A DNA stretch of 64,000 bases, taken from the IMG/VR virus record IMGVR_UViG_3300024999_000042; one strand, given 5' to 3'. The notes below the pieces were generated by a model, which was not told the DNA's origin, did no database searches, and was given only the letters and a program-made list of their open reading frames with translations. This DNA is from a virus. The position numbers were made by a program, and so were the translations under genes. Shown one piece after another: positions 1 to 9,874 of the stretch (positions within the stretch are counted from its first letter, which is position 1; the number at the start of each line of letters is the position of its first letter).

Positions 1-229
1 AAAGCATGAATTGTCATGATGGTACGGTTGATGCTAACGATTTACTTGATAATGCTGAATATGTTAAAAATTTATTAGAAAAATACTTGGAGTATGATAA
101 ACAACCAAATTCCATAAATACCCAACCCTATAACCCTACTCCCACAACACTTTTAAAATCATAAAATTCTAAAATATCAGATAAAATCTTCCTTTTAATG
201 GATATTAAATTAAGGAGGTGAAACAAAAA

Positions 230-379
230 ATGAATCCCACAAAAATCATCAATCGCATCGACGGTCAATGGACGCAATGCTCTTCTCAAGAGTACAATTC
301 CAATGACACAGCAAACTTCATGTTCTGTACCAGTACATTAACCAATACCACTACATACCTAAAAAAGATTTCCCAATAA
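230..379 (+). CDS. small hypothetical protein (49 aa), weak paralog of 513..722
   Basis: RBS AAGGAGGTG then ATG; MNPTKIINRIDGQWTQCSSQEYNSNDTANFMF...; shares W-x3-S-x2-EY...NFM pattern with next ORF; not in ORF track. Confidence 0.55.
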   Translation: MNPTKIINRIDGQWTQCSSQEYNSNDTANFMFCTSTLTNTTTYLKKISQ

Positions 380-512
380 ATCATCTAAAACAGTCATAAT
401 TAATTAATACAAATCATAATATAATTATCACAATAAAAATGGCAAGGATTTAATCACCAAGATTATTTATAAAACTAATTAAATCCTTGCTAATCAAAAG
501 AGGTGAATACAT

Positions 513-722
513 ATGAAAATATTAACAGACGCAATGGATAAATCAAAGTGGTTAGAAATATCCAAAGAAGAATACGATCAATTTTATACAGACAAAATCA
601 ATTTCATGTACTCCTTCGAAAAAGACACTGGTAAAATCGGTTATTATAAAAGAGAATCATTTATCGCATTAGGTAGAGAGTGGTTTGAATCAGAAATTAA
701 AAATGAGAGGATGGAAGATTAG
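513..722 (+). CDS. hypothetical phage protein
   Basis: ORF track, RBS GAGGTG. Confidence 0.6.
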   Translation: MKILTDAMDKSKWLEISKEEYDQFYTDKINFMYSFEKDTGKIGYYKRESFIALGREWFESEIKNERMED

Positions 723-725
723 AAT

Positions 726-920
726 TTGGCAAACATTTCAATGTGTAAATTCTTAGAATGTCCTAAATCTTCTATTTGTTTGAGATTTTTAGCACAACCC
801 GATATAGAACAAATTTACATGCGATTTCATAATATCTGTTCAGAAAGTAATTCGTTTCAGTGGTTCTGGCAAGCACCAAATGAATTGATTAAAAAGGAAG
901 ATGTAGGTATTGTTACATAA
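726..920 (+). CDS. small Cys-containing hypothetical protein
   Basis: ORF track; C-x4-CP-x4-C motif. Confidence 0.6.
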   Translation: MANISMCKFLECPKSSICLRFLAQPDIEQIYMRFHNICSESNSFQWFWQAPNELIKKEDVGIVT

Positions 921-1113
921 GATGAGAGAAATTTATATTGTCGAACAACTAAAACCATTGCTTAATAATTATCCTATTCTAAATATAAAACAATTAGAAG
1001 AATTGAGAATACTTTCTAATATGTTATCTGTTTCGCTAGGAAACTACCTCTATAATAAGAGAATCAAAGGAGTATTAGCAGAGGATGTGATAAATAAAAT
1101 TGAAAACAATTGA
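910..1113 (+). CDS. hypothetical protein, paralog of 1330..1491
   Basis: LLNNYPILN..QLEELRILSN matches LLDKFPSLN..WEQLRVLSN. Confidence 0.6.
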   Translation: MLHKMREIYIVEQLKPLLNNYPILNIKQLEELRILSNMLSVSLGNYLYNKRIKGVLAEDVINKIENN

Positions 1114-1300
1114 TGAATATAATCAAGAAAGACAAAGACAGTTTCAAATAGAAAATCCACAATGGCGAAATTGTAATATTGTTTGTGGTAAATGTGGTAA
1201 TGAATTGTTAATGGATATGTGGATTATACTTTGTTCAGATCCACCACAAAGAAATGTTAAATGTGACAAATGTAGTTATTATGGTAGTGTTTTGGTATAA
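1100..1300 (+). CDS. zinc-ribbon protein
   Basis: CGKC...CDKC pairs. Confidence 0.65.
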   Translation: MKTIDEYNQERQRQFQIENPQWRNCNIVCGKCGNELLMDMWIILCSDPPQRNVKCDKCSYYGSVLV

Positions 1301-1329
1301 GAATAAATAATGAAGGGAGATGATGTATA

Positions 1330-1491
1330 GTGAATTATGATTGTATGGATATTTTTGATGAAGTCAGGGAGTTAAAAGTGTTATTAGATAAATTCCCTAG
1401 TTTAAATAAAGAAGAGTGGGAACAACTAAGAGTATTATCTAATAATGTTAGCGTTGATGCAAAGGGTATATTATATGATTGGGGAAAGTAG
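1330..1491 (+). CDS. hypothetical protein (53 aa), paralog of 910..1113
   Basis: GTG start after GGGAG; translated by eye. Confidence 0.55.
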   Translation: MNYDCMDIFDEVRELKVLLDKFPSLNKEEWEQLRVLSNNVSVDAKGILYDWGK

Positions 1492-1527
1492 GGTAAAATC
1501 AAAGAAGATTTTTATAGGATAAAAACA

Positions 1528-1842
1528 ATGAAAGAAGGAAATGTGAAAATGGATACATTATCAGCAATTAAATTATTATTAGAAAATAATAATCTTAAAG
1601 CTACTATATGTTGGTTAGATAAAAATGGTAAATACTATAATGATATTGTAATAAATAATTATACCTTAGAAATGAAATGGGAATTAATTAAAGAACCAGT
1701 GGATTTTATGACAGCAATAAATAGTGGTAAGAAAATTAAAGGAAAAGGTTTCGTTGAGTATCATTTCCCTAATTGGTATTTTGGAACTGAAGATGCTCTA
1801 GATTTAGAAAATATTAATGGGAATTGGTATATTGAAGATTAA
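1528..1842 (+). CDS. hypothetical phage protein
   Basis: ORF track; VDFMTAINSGKKIK...NGNWYIED. Confidence 0.6.
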   Translation: MKEGNVKMDTLSAIKLLLENNNLKATICWLDKNGKYYNDIVINNYTLEMKWELIKEPVDFMTAINSGKKIKGKGFVEYHFPNWYFGTEDALDLENINGNWYIED

Positions 1843-1962
1843 ATTTCTAATTTATGAAAATTACAAATCCTTATAGGAGTAGGGTTTGAGGTTTCATATA
1901 ATCCAACGAAATAATCTTTTTAACCTATAAATACTAAAATAAAAATATTGGAGGATACATAA

Positions 1963-4662
1963 TTGAAAGTACAAAAAAGAAATAGCACATTGGTTGATTT
2001 TGATAAAAACAGTATTATTCGAGCAGTTGAAAATGCAATGCTTGAAACAAAAGATGGTGTTGATTCAAAACTAAGTCATGATATTGCGAATAAAATTGAA
2101 TCTATTGGATTGGACATATACTCAGTTGAAAATATACAAGATTTTGTAGAAGATATGTTAATGGAAAGCAATAGAAAAGATGTTGCAAAAAGATATATAA
2201 TTTATCGTGAAGACAGAAACAAAAGAAGAAAAAATAATAATGTAAATTTTAAATTTATTACAGATGAATTTGTTAGTCAGTATAAACATAAAATTGCCCC
2301 ATTTACCAATTTAGGACATTTTGTGTATCTAAGAACATATTCTAGATGGTTGCCAGAAGAAGGTAGAAGGGAGTTTTGGTGGGAAACTGTTCGTAGAGCT
2401 GTTGAATACAATTGTTCATTAGTTCCTGACATCACTAAACAAGAAGCTGAAAAACTATATAGCAACATATTTAATTTGCGTCAATTTTTAAGTGGTAGAA
2501 CTTTATACACAGGAGGAACGGAAGCAAGTAAAAAGTATAGCATGTCAAATTTTAACTGTAGTTTCACTATTGCTAATGATTTCGAAGCATTTAAAGATTT
2601 GTTTTATCTATTGCTTTTGGGTGCAGGGGTTGGATTAGGAGTAAAAAAAGAAGATGTAATAAAACTTCCTGCTGTTAGAGGAGATATTGAGGTAATACAT
2701 AAAGCATATACTCCTGTATTAAAGAATGATAGAAAAGAGTACACTTCATTAACATTTAAAGACAATATGGCAGAAATTTTAGTTGGTGATTCGAAAGAGG
2801 GTTGGTGTCAAGCATTAGAGCACTTCTTAAAACTATTTTACCTAAGTGAGTATAGCAAAAATAAAATTATTGTAATGAATTATGACAATGTTCGCATAGC
2901 AGGAGAAAAACTAAAAACATTTGGTGGTTATGCAAGTGGATATCAACCATTTATGGAAATGATGATTAAGATACATAAGGTGCTAAAAAAAGATAATACA
3001 GGTAAAAAGAAATTAAAACCTATCGATTGCCTTGATATTGCTAACATTATTGGCGTAAGTGTAGTATCAGGTGGAGTTCGTCGCAGTAGCGAAGTGATCC
3101 TATTTGACTTTGATGATGATGAAGTTTATAAAAGCAAATCTCAATTGTACGAACAAATTGAAGGAAAATGGGTTTTGAATGAAGAAATTTCCCATAGAAG
3201 AATGTCTAACAATTCAATTCAATACGATATAAAACCTTCAAGGGAACAATGGCATAAACATATTCAAGAAATGCGCTCAAGTGGTGAACCAGCATTTCAA
3301 AACCTTGAAGCATCTAAAAAAAGAAGAGAAGATGCTGAAGGTGGTAATCCTTGTTTTAGTGGAGACATGAATCTATTGACTGCAGATGGATATAGAACAT
3401 TTGAAGAACTCAATGGAAAAAAAGTAAAGATTGTTAATTTAAATGGTGATGTGTCAGATGGAAAAGTTTGGTGTAATGGTGAAAAAGATATTGTTGAGAT
3501 ACTATTAAGCAATAATATAATTATAAAATGTACTCCAGACCATATACTTATGTTAGATAATGGAAAAGAATGTAAAGCAAAAGATTCTTTGAATAGAGAA
3601 TTATCAGCATATTATGGAAAAAATCCAACAGTAATATCTATCAAAGTTTTAGAAAAACAAAAAGTATATGATTTCTCAGAACCATCAACAAATTGGGGAA
3701 TTGTAGAAAATGTAGTTGCACATAATTGTATGGAAATTATTCTTAGAAATCGTGGAATGTGTAATCTTACAGAATTAAATGGTATGGGTTTTGTTGAAAA
3801 TGGTAAATTAGATTATGAAGAAATATATGAAGCTCAAAGATTGTCAGCAAGAGCAGGATATAGAATGGCATGTATTGATTTTGAACTCTACAAATGGGAT
3901 ATTGTCAATAAAGAAGATATGTTGCTTGGTTGCAGTTTGACTGGATGGCAAGATATGATCAATGCTACTTCTATGAATTTAGAAGATGAAATTAAACTAC
4001 TTAAAAAACTAAGAGAGATTGCTCATACTTCAGCAAATGAACTAGCAGATAAACTAGGTAAAAATAGACCAAAATTATATACTACAGTTAAACCTAGTGG
4101 AACTATTTCACAATTACCAACTGTTTCAAGTGGTATACACTTCAGCCATAGTCCTTATTATATTAGAAGAGTAAGAATAAATGCCCATGATCCTTTAGTT
4201 GATGTATTAAAGGAATTAGAATATCCTGTATTGCCTGAAGTTGGTCAGACATGGGAGAAATGTGACACAGTAGTTGTTGAATTTCCTGTAAAATCTCCAG
4301 AAGGAAAAACAAAATATGATGTTTCTGCAATTGAACAATTAGAAATATACAAGAAATTTATGAAACATTATTGTGACCATAACGTAAGCATTACTGTTCA
4401 TGTTTGTAATAATGAATGGGATGATGTAGAAAAATGGGTTTGGGATAATTGGGATGAAATTATAGCAGTTTCATTTTTATCTTTAGATGATAATTTCTAT
4501 CAACTTATGCCATATGAAGAAATTAACAAAGAGGAATATGAAAAAAGAGTATCACTAATGAGTCCATTTATTGCATCATTAATTAATAAATATGAAAAAG
4601 TGGAAGCAGAATTAGATATTGGTAATGATGAGTGTAGTTCTGGAAGTTGCCCAATCCGTTAG
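1963..4662 (+). CDS. nrdJ: class II (adenosylcobalamin-dependent) ribonucleotide reductase with N-terminal ATP cone and intein
   Basis: ATP cone (MKVQKRN...FD..I), YLRTYSR, FNCSF, GGVRRS, NPC/CxE split by intein, TVKPSGT, C-terminal CSSGSCPIR. Confidence 0.92.
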   Translation: MKVQKRNSTLVDFDKNSIIRAVENAMLETKDGVDSKLSHDIANKIESIGLDIYSVENIQDFVEDMLMESNRKDVAKRYIIYREDRNKRRKNNNVNFKFITDEFVSQYKHKIAPFTNLGHFVYLRTYSRWLPEEGRREFWWETVRRAVEYNCSLVPDITKQEAEKLYSNIFNLRQFLSGRTLYTGGTEASKKYSMSNFNCSFTIANDFEAFKDLFYLLLLGAGVGLGVKKEDVIKLPAVRGDIEVIHKAYTPVLKNDRKEYTSLTFKDNMAEILVGDSKEGWCQALEHFLKLFYLSEYSKNKIIVMNYDNVRIAGEKLKTFGGYASGYQPFMEMMIKIHKVLKKDNTGKKKLKPIDCLDIANIIGVSVVSGGVRRSSEVILFDFDDDEVYKSKSQLYEQIEGKWVLNEEISHRRMSNNSIQYDIKPSREQWHKHIQEMRSSGEPAFQNLEASKKRREDAEGGNPCFSGDMNLLTADGYRTFEELNGKKVKIVNLNGDVSDGKVWCNGEKDIVEILLSNNIIIKCTPDHILMLDNGKECKAKDSLNRELSAYYGKNPTVISIKVLEKQKVYDFSEPSTNWGIVENVVAHNCMEIILRNRGMCNLTELNGMGFVENGKLDYEEIYEAQRLSARAGYRMACIDFELYKWDIVNKEDMLLGCSLTGWQDMINATSMNLEDEIKLLKKLREIAHTSANELADKLGKNRPKLYTTVKPSGTISQLPTVSSGIHFSHSPYYIRRVRINAHDPLVDVLKELEYPVLPEVGQTWEKCDTVVVEFPVKSPEGKTKYDVSAIEQLEIYKKFMKHYCDHNVSITVHVCNNEWDDVEKWVWDNWDEIIAVSFLSLDDNFYQLMPYEEINKEEYEKRVSLMSPFIASLINKYEKVEAELDIGNDECSSGSCPIR
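3352..3726 (+). mobile_element. mini-intein (125 aa, no endonuclease) in the RNR active-site motif
   Basis: Starts CFSGD after NP; block B TPDH; block F VYDF; ends VAHN followed by Cys +1. Confidence 0.92.
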
Positions 4663-4683
4663 AATAATAAATAAATTTATGAA

Positions 4684-5689
4684 ATGAGGAATACAAGAAT
4701 TAATATTTTTAATCCAGATATAGAAGAGTTCTTCTCCAAGTACAATGAAATGAAAAGTAGTAAAAAACTTGGCGAATTTTACGGAATGAATAAGACCACT
4801 ATACTAAACTTTGCTAAAAAAGTAGGATTTGATACGTCTCAATTTAAGGCATCTAAGTTATTAACAGATAAAGAGGAACAAGAAATTGCTGAAATGTATT
4901 TTACTCAAAATTCAACATCTTTAGCCAAACAATATAATTGCTCACCAAAATTGATTTCGAAAATATGGAGAAATCATAACTTATCAGGGAAAGAGACAAG
5001 AAGATATTATTCCAATTTTTCATATTTTAACAAAATAGATAGTGTTGACAAATCTTACTTTCTTGGATTCATTGCATCTGATGGTTGTGTGTATGCTAGA
5101 AACAATGACACACAGCAACAAATGTTAAGTATTGGGATTAATCAAAAAGACGAGGAGGTGTTAATCAAGTTTTTAAAATACATAGAGGGAGAAAACCCAA
5201 TTAATAATCATTATGCTGACAAAACATATGTATCTCAGATTCAAATAGTTAGCGATGAATTATGTAATGATTTGAGCAAATATAATATTGTTCCTAGAAA
5301 AACGTGGAGTTATTGTCCAACAAATATACCCGAAGAATTTATGTGGCATTTTATTAGAGGTTTCTTTGACGGAGATGGGAGTATATCATGGAGCAAAAAC
5401 TCTAATCTTAGCAAGTGTAATATAAATTTTTGTGGTAATAAAAAAAACAATGACATTTATATCAGATATTCTTAATATTCATAATATTAGTAATTGTATT
5501 ACTCCTGATAAAAGAACAAATAAATACACCAATGATTTTTTTAGCGTTTGTATTACAAATATAAAAAGTAGGGTTGATTTTATCAAACTTTTATATGTTA
5601 ATTCAGATGACTTATATTTAACCAGGAAAAAGGAACTATGCGAAAAATTTTTAGAACACGCGGATATAAAAGAAAGTGAGGTAATATAA
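4684..5689 (+). pseudogene. free-standing LAGLIDADG homing endonuclease with N-terminal HTH repeats, split by a frameshift in an A8 run
   Basis: FLGFIASDG and FIRGFFDGDGS motifs; removing one A at 5440-5447 joins 4684..5475 and 5432..5689 (FCGNKKTMTFISDILN...YLTRKKE). Confidence 0.8.
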
Positions 5690-6145
5690 ATGAAAATAAG
5701 AGGTTTTGAATTAGTATCAGATGATTTCAAAAAACAAACCGTTCCTACCATTCTACCACAAAGAGGTACAAAAACTTCAGCAGGTTATGATTTTTCTACA
5801 CCTGTAGATTTAACTATTTTTCCTAAAGAAACTGTATTAGTTTGGACTGATGTAAAAAGTTACATGCAATTTGGAGAAGTTTTAATTCTTGATGTTAGAA
5901 GTTCTATTGGTATTAAGAAAAAAATAATGTTAGGAAACGTTATCGGAGTTGTGGATCAAGACTACTATTCTAATTCAGACAATGATGGAAACATTGGTAT
6001 TTGTTTATATAATTATTCAGACACAACTGTTACTTTGAAAGCAGGAGAACGTATTGCTCAAGGAATTTTCTTACCATTTCTTGAAGCAGATAATGGTAAT
6101 ACGGATAATGAAAGAATTGGTGGAATCGGAAGTACAAACACTTAA
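5690..6145 (+). CDS. dut: trimeric dUTPase
   Basis: SAGYD, RSS, GVVDQDYY, GERIAQG, RIGGIGST motifs. Confidence 0.95.
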   Translation: MKIRGFELVSDDFKKQTVPTILPQRGTKTSAGYDFSTPVDLTIFPKETVLVWTDVKSYMQFGEVLILDVRSSIGIKKKIMLGNVIGVVDQDYYSNSDNDGNIGICLYNYSDTTVTLKAGERIAQGIFLPFLEADNGNTDNERIGGIGSTNT

Positions 6146-6255
6146 ATTTTGTAAATAAATGGGATAAAGTGCTAAATTACATTTTATCCCAACCCTATAA
6201 CCCTACTCCCATAAGGGTTTTAAAATCAGACAATCCGATGAAAGTGAAATTTTAA

Positions 6256-6501
6256 TTGATGAAGGAGATAAATATGAAAAGATTAGAAAAAGCATATTTA
6301 CAATATCCAAACGGAATAGTCTTACCAAAAGGTAGTGGATTAATATCTGATACATACATCACAGATTGTTGCCCATATTTTCTTGATTGTGGCAATGATG
6401 ATTTAGATGAAGATACTAAAATTGGAGAATATGGATATATAAAAGGATGTAGAGGTATTACTTGTGAAAAGTGTTGGGATAAAGAATATATTGAAGCGTA
6501 A
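6256..6501 (+). CDS. Cys-rich protein (CP...CxxCW family)
   Basis: CCPYFL...CRGITCEKCW. Confidence 0.65.
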   Translation: MMKEINMKRLEKAYLQYPNGIVLPKGSGLISDTYITDCCPYFLDCGNDDLDEDTKIGEYGYIKGCRGITCEKCWDKEYIEA

Positions 6502-6517
6502 AGGAGTTGCATCAAAA

Positions 6518-6823
6518 ATGAAACCATGCATACATTTTGACGGTGGAGTTTGTTATTCAGATGGATGGGGAGAACCATTTGGTGAAGGGTGTTTATTAAA
6601 TCATAAAGATTCATGTCCTCATTATAATCCAACTACTTTAATGACAGGAAAAGATAAATTAATAGAATATCTACAATTAGAACCTAATTCTAGAATAGGT
6701 AATTTATTTGGAATATGTCCTAATTCAGTAGGATTAAATGAAAATCAACATCGTAAATGTATATCAAGTAGCGATATAGTTTGTTCTGAATGTTGGAAAT
6801 TAGCATTGGATGAGGAATTTTAA
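6518..6823 (+). CDS. Cys-rich protein (CP...CxxCW family)
   Basis: Likely start MKPCIH after AAGGAG; ICPNSV...CSECW. Confidence 0.6.
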   Translation: MKPCIHFDGGVCYSDGWGEPFGEGCLLNHKDSCPHYNPTTLMTGKDKLIEYLQLEPNSRIGNLFGICPNSVGLNENQHRKCISSSDIVCSECWKLALDEEF

Positions 6824-7032
6824 TGGAAGATAAGTTACTATCTCTTAAAGAACAATTCTGTAATTGGTACTGTTCAAATAAATTAGAACATCTTAGAATT
6901 ACTAATAAAAGCAGCAAATGCTCAGAATATCAAGATTGCAATAAATGCAATGATAAATTATTTTGTGAAAACAATTTATGTGAATATTGCATAATAGAAA
7001 ACTTTATAGCATTCGTCAGAGACGAACTATAA
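6823..7032 (+). CDS. Cys-rich hypothetical protein
   Basis: Multiple CxxC; coupled start. Confidence 0.6.
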   Translation: MEDKLLSLKEQFCNWYCSNKLEHLRITNKSSKCSEYQDCNKCNDKLFCENNLCEYCIIENFIAFVRDEL

Positions 7033-7302
7033 TATTCACTATTATACCTATGTAATCACAAATAAATTAGACAGAAGGGAGGTGACATAAAGAAGAAGGG
7101 GGGGGAATAGTTTACAATGAAAGAGTTAAAAGAATGGTTAATCAATGAAATAAATTCTATTAATATAGATTATTACAATGAAAGCGTCTATATGTGGAAT
7201 AAAGGGTTCAAGAAAGCTTTGTTGGAAACTTTAGATGTTATTAAAAGAATTGAATGTGAAAAATAAAATACAAACAAATGATAGTCTGATTGGATGTGAA
7301 GT

Positions 7303-7545
7303 ATGAAAAATATAATTGTTTATACTGGTATATTTACTATTGAATTAAATAATGGAGATTATTATCAAGTAATTAGAGCAAGCGATAATGCTAGAGGATA
7401 TAGATGGCAATACGCCTATATAGACAGAGATATTAATCAAGAATCACTTGATCATGTCGTTCTTTGTAAATTTATACCTGAGTATGATACTGAAGATTAT
7501 TATAATCATGATAGAAATTTTAAAGATTACTATGAGTGGTATTAA
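7303..7545 (+). CDS. hypothetical protein
   Basis: ORF track; ARGYRWQYAYID. Confidence 0.55.
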   Translation: MKNIIVYTGIFTIELNNGDYYQVIRASDNARGYRWQYAYIDRDINQESLDHVVLCKFIPEYDTEDYYNHDRNFKDYYEWY

Positions 7546-7660
7546 ATAATAAAAGGAGTGAAAAATAGAGTGTTAAGAACTGAACAAATTGATGTATCCT
7601 TCAACCTAAAACTTCAAAAAGACCTCCAAGAACATGAAATTATCTGCTCTCATTGTGGAG

Positions 7661-8957
7661 TGAAATATGATTAAGTCTTTTAAAATTAGGTTAGAACCTA
7701 ATAATAAACAAAATTCTCTACTTTTTGGTTGTGCAGGAATAGGAAGATGGACTTATAACTTTGCTATTGCTAAAATACAGGAATATTATAAAGAAACAGG
7801 TAAATTCTTAAATGATGGAGAAATTAGAAAACAACTTACTCAACTAAAGAAAACTGATGAATATAAATGGTTATATAAATATAGTGCGGCTACTATATCT
7901 CAACATGTTAAAGATGCTTGCGATGCTTATAAAAGGTTTTTCAAAGGAATAAGTAAATATCCAAAATTCAAAAGCAAAAAGAAATCAAAACCTAGTTTTT
8001 ATAGTAGATATGATAGAATATCTTTTATATCAACACATGTACGATTAGAGAAAATAGGTAGAATAAAATTATCTGAATACAATAGAATACCAATAGGTAA
8101 AGATATTAAATATATGAATCCAAGAATCACGTTTGACGGATTACATTGGTATTTATCTATTGGAATTGAAATTGAAGATAAAATTAAACCTATTTTAACT
8201 AATGAAAAATTAGGGATAGATCTTGGTGTAAAAGATTTGGCAATTGTAAGCAATGGTAGTAAATATAAAAACATTAATAAGTCCCAAACAATTAAGAAAT
8301 TAGAGAAGAAGTTAAAAAGATTACAACGAAAAGTTTCTAAAAAATATTTAATGAATAAAGATGGTAAAAAATTCATTAAAACAAATAATATTAGGAAACT
8401 TGAAGTTAAAATACGAAAGGTTTATAAAAGACTTAGTAACATTCGTACCGATTATATTCAAAAAGTTTCCACAGAGATTGTGAAATCCAAACCGTCTCAA
8501 ATAATAATGGAGACCTTGAATATAAAAGAAATGATGAAAAATAAATATTTATCTAAAGCAATACAACAGCAAAAATTATATGAATTCAAAACATTATTAA
8601 AATATAAAAGTATAAGGGATGAAATTGAATTCATAGAAGCAAATAGATGGTATCCTTCTTCGAAAACTTGTTCAGAATGTGGTTATAAAAAACCAAAATT
8701 AAGCTTAGGAGAAAGAGAATTTATTTGTGAAAGTTGTGGTTTTATAATAGATAGAGATTTAAATGCGGCGATTAATTTATCGCGATATGAAATAATATAG
8801 GTTTATTTACATAAATTATGCTATATGTACCGTAAGTTGTACGGGAATTAACACCTTTGGACTACTAACAAACATGAGTAGTAGAAATATGAAAGTGAGT
8901 AGGATGAATAAGGAAATAAACATGAAAGTTATACTTTTTATAAGTTTTATACAACGG
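7661..8957 (+). mobile_element. non-autonomous IS607-type (tnpB-only) element; left end and tnpA apparently lost
   Basis: tnpB plus right-end region ending ...TAAGTTTTATACAACGG; host frame resumes right after GG. Confidence 0.75.
7667..8800 (+). CDS. tnpB: TnpB RNA-guided endonuclease
   Basis: N-terminal KIRLEPN HTH; RuvC GIDLG, METL, DRDLNAA; zinc finger SSKTCSECG...CESCG. Confidence 0.93.
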   Translation: MIKSFKIRLEPNNKQNSLLFGCAGIGRWTYNFAIAKIQEYYKETGKFLNDGEIRKQLTQLKKTDEYKWLYKYSAATISQHVKDACDAYKRFFKGISKYPKFKSKKKSKPSFYSRYDRISFISTHVRLEKIGRIKLSEYNRIPIGKDIKYMNPRITFDGLHWYLSIGIEIEDKIKPILTNEKLGIDLGVKDLAIVSNGSKYKNINKSQTIKKLEKKLKRLQRKVSKKYLMNKDGKKFIKTNNIRKLEVKIRKVYKRLSNIRTDYIQKVSTEIVKSKPSQIIMETLNIKEMMKNKYLSKAIQQQKLYEFKTLLKYKSIRDEIEFIEANRWYPSSKTCSECGYKKPKLSLGEREFICESCGFIIDRDLNAAINLSRYEII

Positions 8958-8977
8958 CACTGGACTTCAAGTAGGCG
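8801..8977 (+). ncRNA. putative omegaRNA scaffold plus flanking guide (8958-~8977)
   Basis: ATATGTACCGTAAGTTGTACGGGAATTAACACCTTTGGA...CAACGG downstream of tnpB, the position expected for the omegaRNA. Confidence 0.65.
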
Positions 8978-9235
8978 ATAATAATTTTTAACCTTTGCAA
9001 AGGGTAAACCTAACAATCCATTTTTATGTAAAAATAAAGTAATGGAATTATCTATTGATGCCTCTGATATTCTTGAAGATGCTTGCAGTGATTTGCATGA
9101 AGATGCTATGGATAATATATCTGTTGAAGATGAAAAAGAACTTCAATTGCTATTAGATAAATGGTGTGAAGATAATAAACAAGGAACTACTACTTATTAT
9201 GCTGATTTTGGTGTTGGAATTTTATTGTAAGGGAG

Positions 9236-9619
9236 ATGATTAAAATAAAATTATGGGAATATGTTCTAGCAAACGACAAAGAAGCAGATTTTATAAAATG
9301 GAGAAGTGGAAAAACTGACTTAAGAGATAAAACATTAATTTATGACTATTGCCCTATGTTTTTTACATGCTTGATTGGCACAGAATTTGAAAAAGCATAT
9401 AAATTAAAAAATAAAAAAGGAGATTGTAAATATCAAGAAGCAAATCATGAAACTATTAAATTAGAAGATTATGATAGCAAAGAACAATTCGAAAAAGATT
9501 TTCTTAAAGAATATAAAATATGTAGCGAATGTTGGAATAGGGAAATAAAGGATAAACCAGATGAAGAATATGAGACATATTTGAAACTTAAAGAAAAATA
9601 TGAGGATCAAACAAATTAG
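9236..9619 (+). CDS. Cys-containing protein (CP...CxECW family)
   Basis: YCPMF...ICSECWNRE. Confidence 0.65.
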   Translation: MIKIKLWEYVLANDKEADFIKWRSGKTDLRDKTLIYDYCPMFFTCLIGTEFEKAYKLKNKKGDCKYQEANHETIKLEDYDSKEQFEKDFLKEYKICSECWNREIKDKPDEEYETYLKLKEKYEDQTN

Positions 9620-9632
9620 TAAGGAGTTATAA

Positions 9633-9836
9633 TTGGAATCGTGGGAACATTGTGCTAAAACTTGGTATTCTATTGATATTTCATTAGCAATGAAAAATAT
9701 TAAATCCGGTTCTATTGTAAAATGTAAAGTAAATGATGAAGGATATTTGTTTAATATTCCTGATGAAGTAAATCAAAATATAACTCCAGAACTGATTAAG
9801 AATGGGAAATGGTATGTTTATACTTGGTCTGATTAG
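9633..9836 (+). CDS. hypothetical protein
   Basis: RBS AAGGAG; IKNGKWYV resembles the C-terminus of 1528..1842. Confidence 0.6.
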   Translation: MESWEHCAKTWYSIDISLAMKNIKSGSIVKCKVNDEGYLFNIPDEVNQNITPELIKNGKWYVYTWSD

Positions 9837-9874
9837 AATAAAAAATAAAATCAAATAGAAAGAAGGAAGATTAA

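Larger units (their letters stand above)
7570..9230 (+). pseudogene. Zn-finger (CxxCxGxG) phage gene disrupted by the tnpB element; 9042..9230 may be its C-terminal remnant
   Basis: 7570 GTG...EHEIICSHCG joins GTGLQVGDNNF after 8957; linkage of 9042..9230 is from recalled family resemblance. Confidence 0.6.

Noticed and set aside
7570-8957. IStron (group I intron + IS607)
   Set aside because: tnpB begins within about 10 nt of the left junction, leaving no room for an intron core or tnpA
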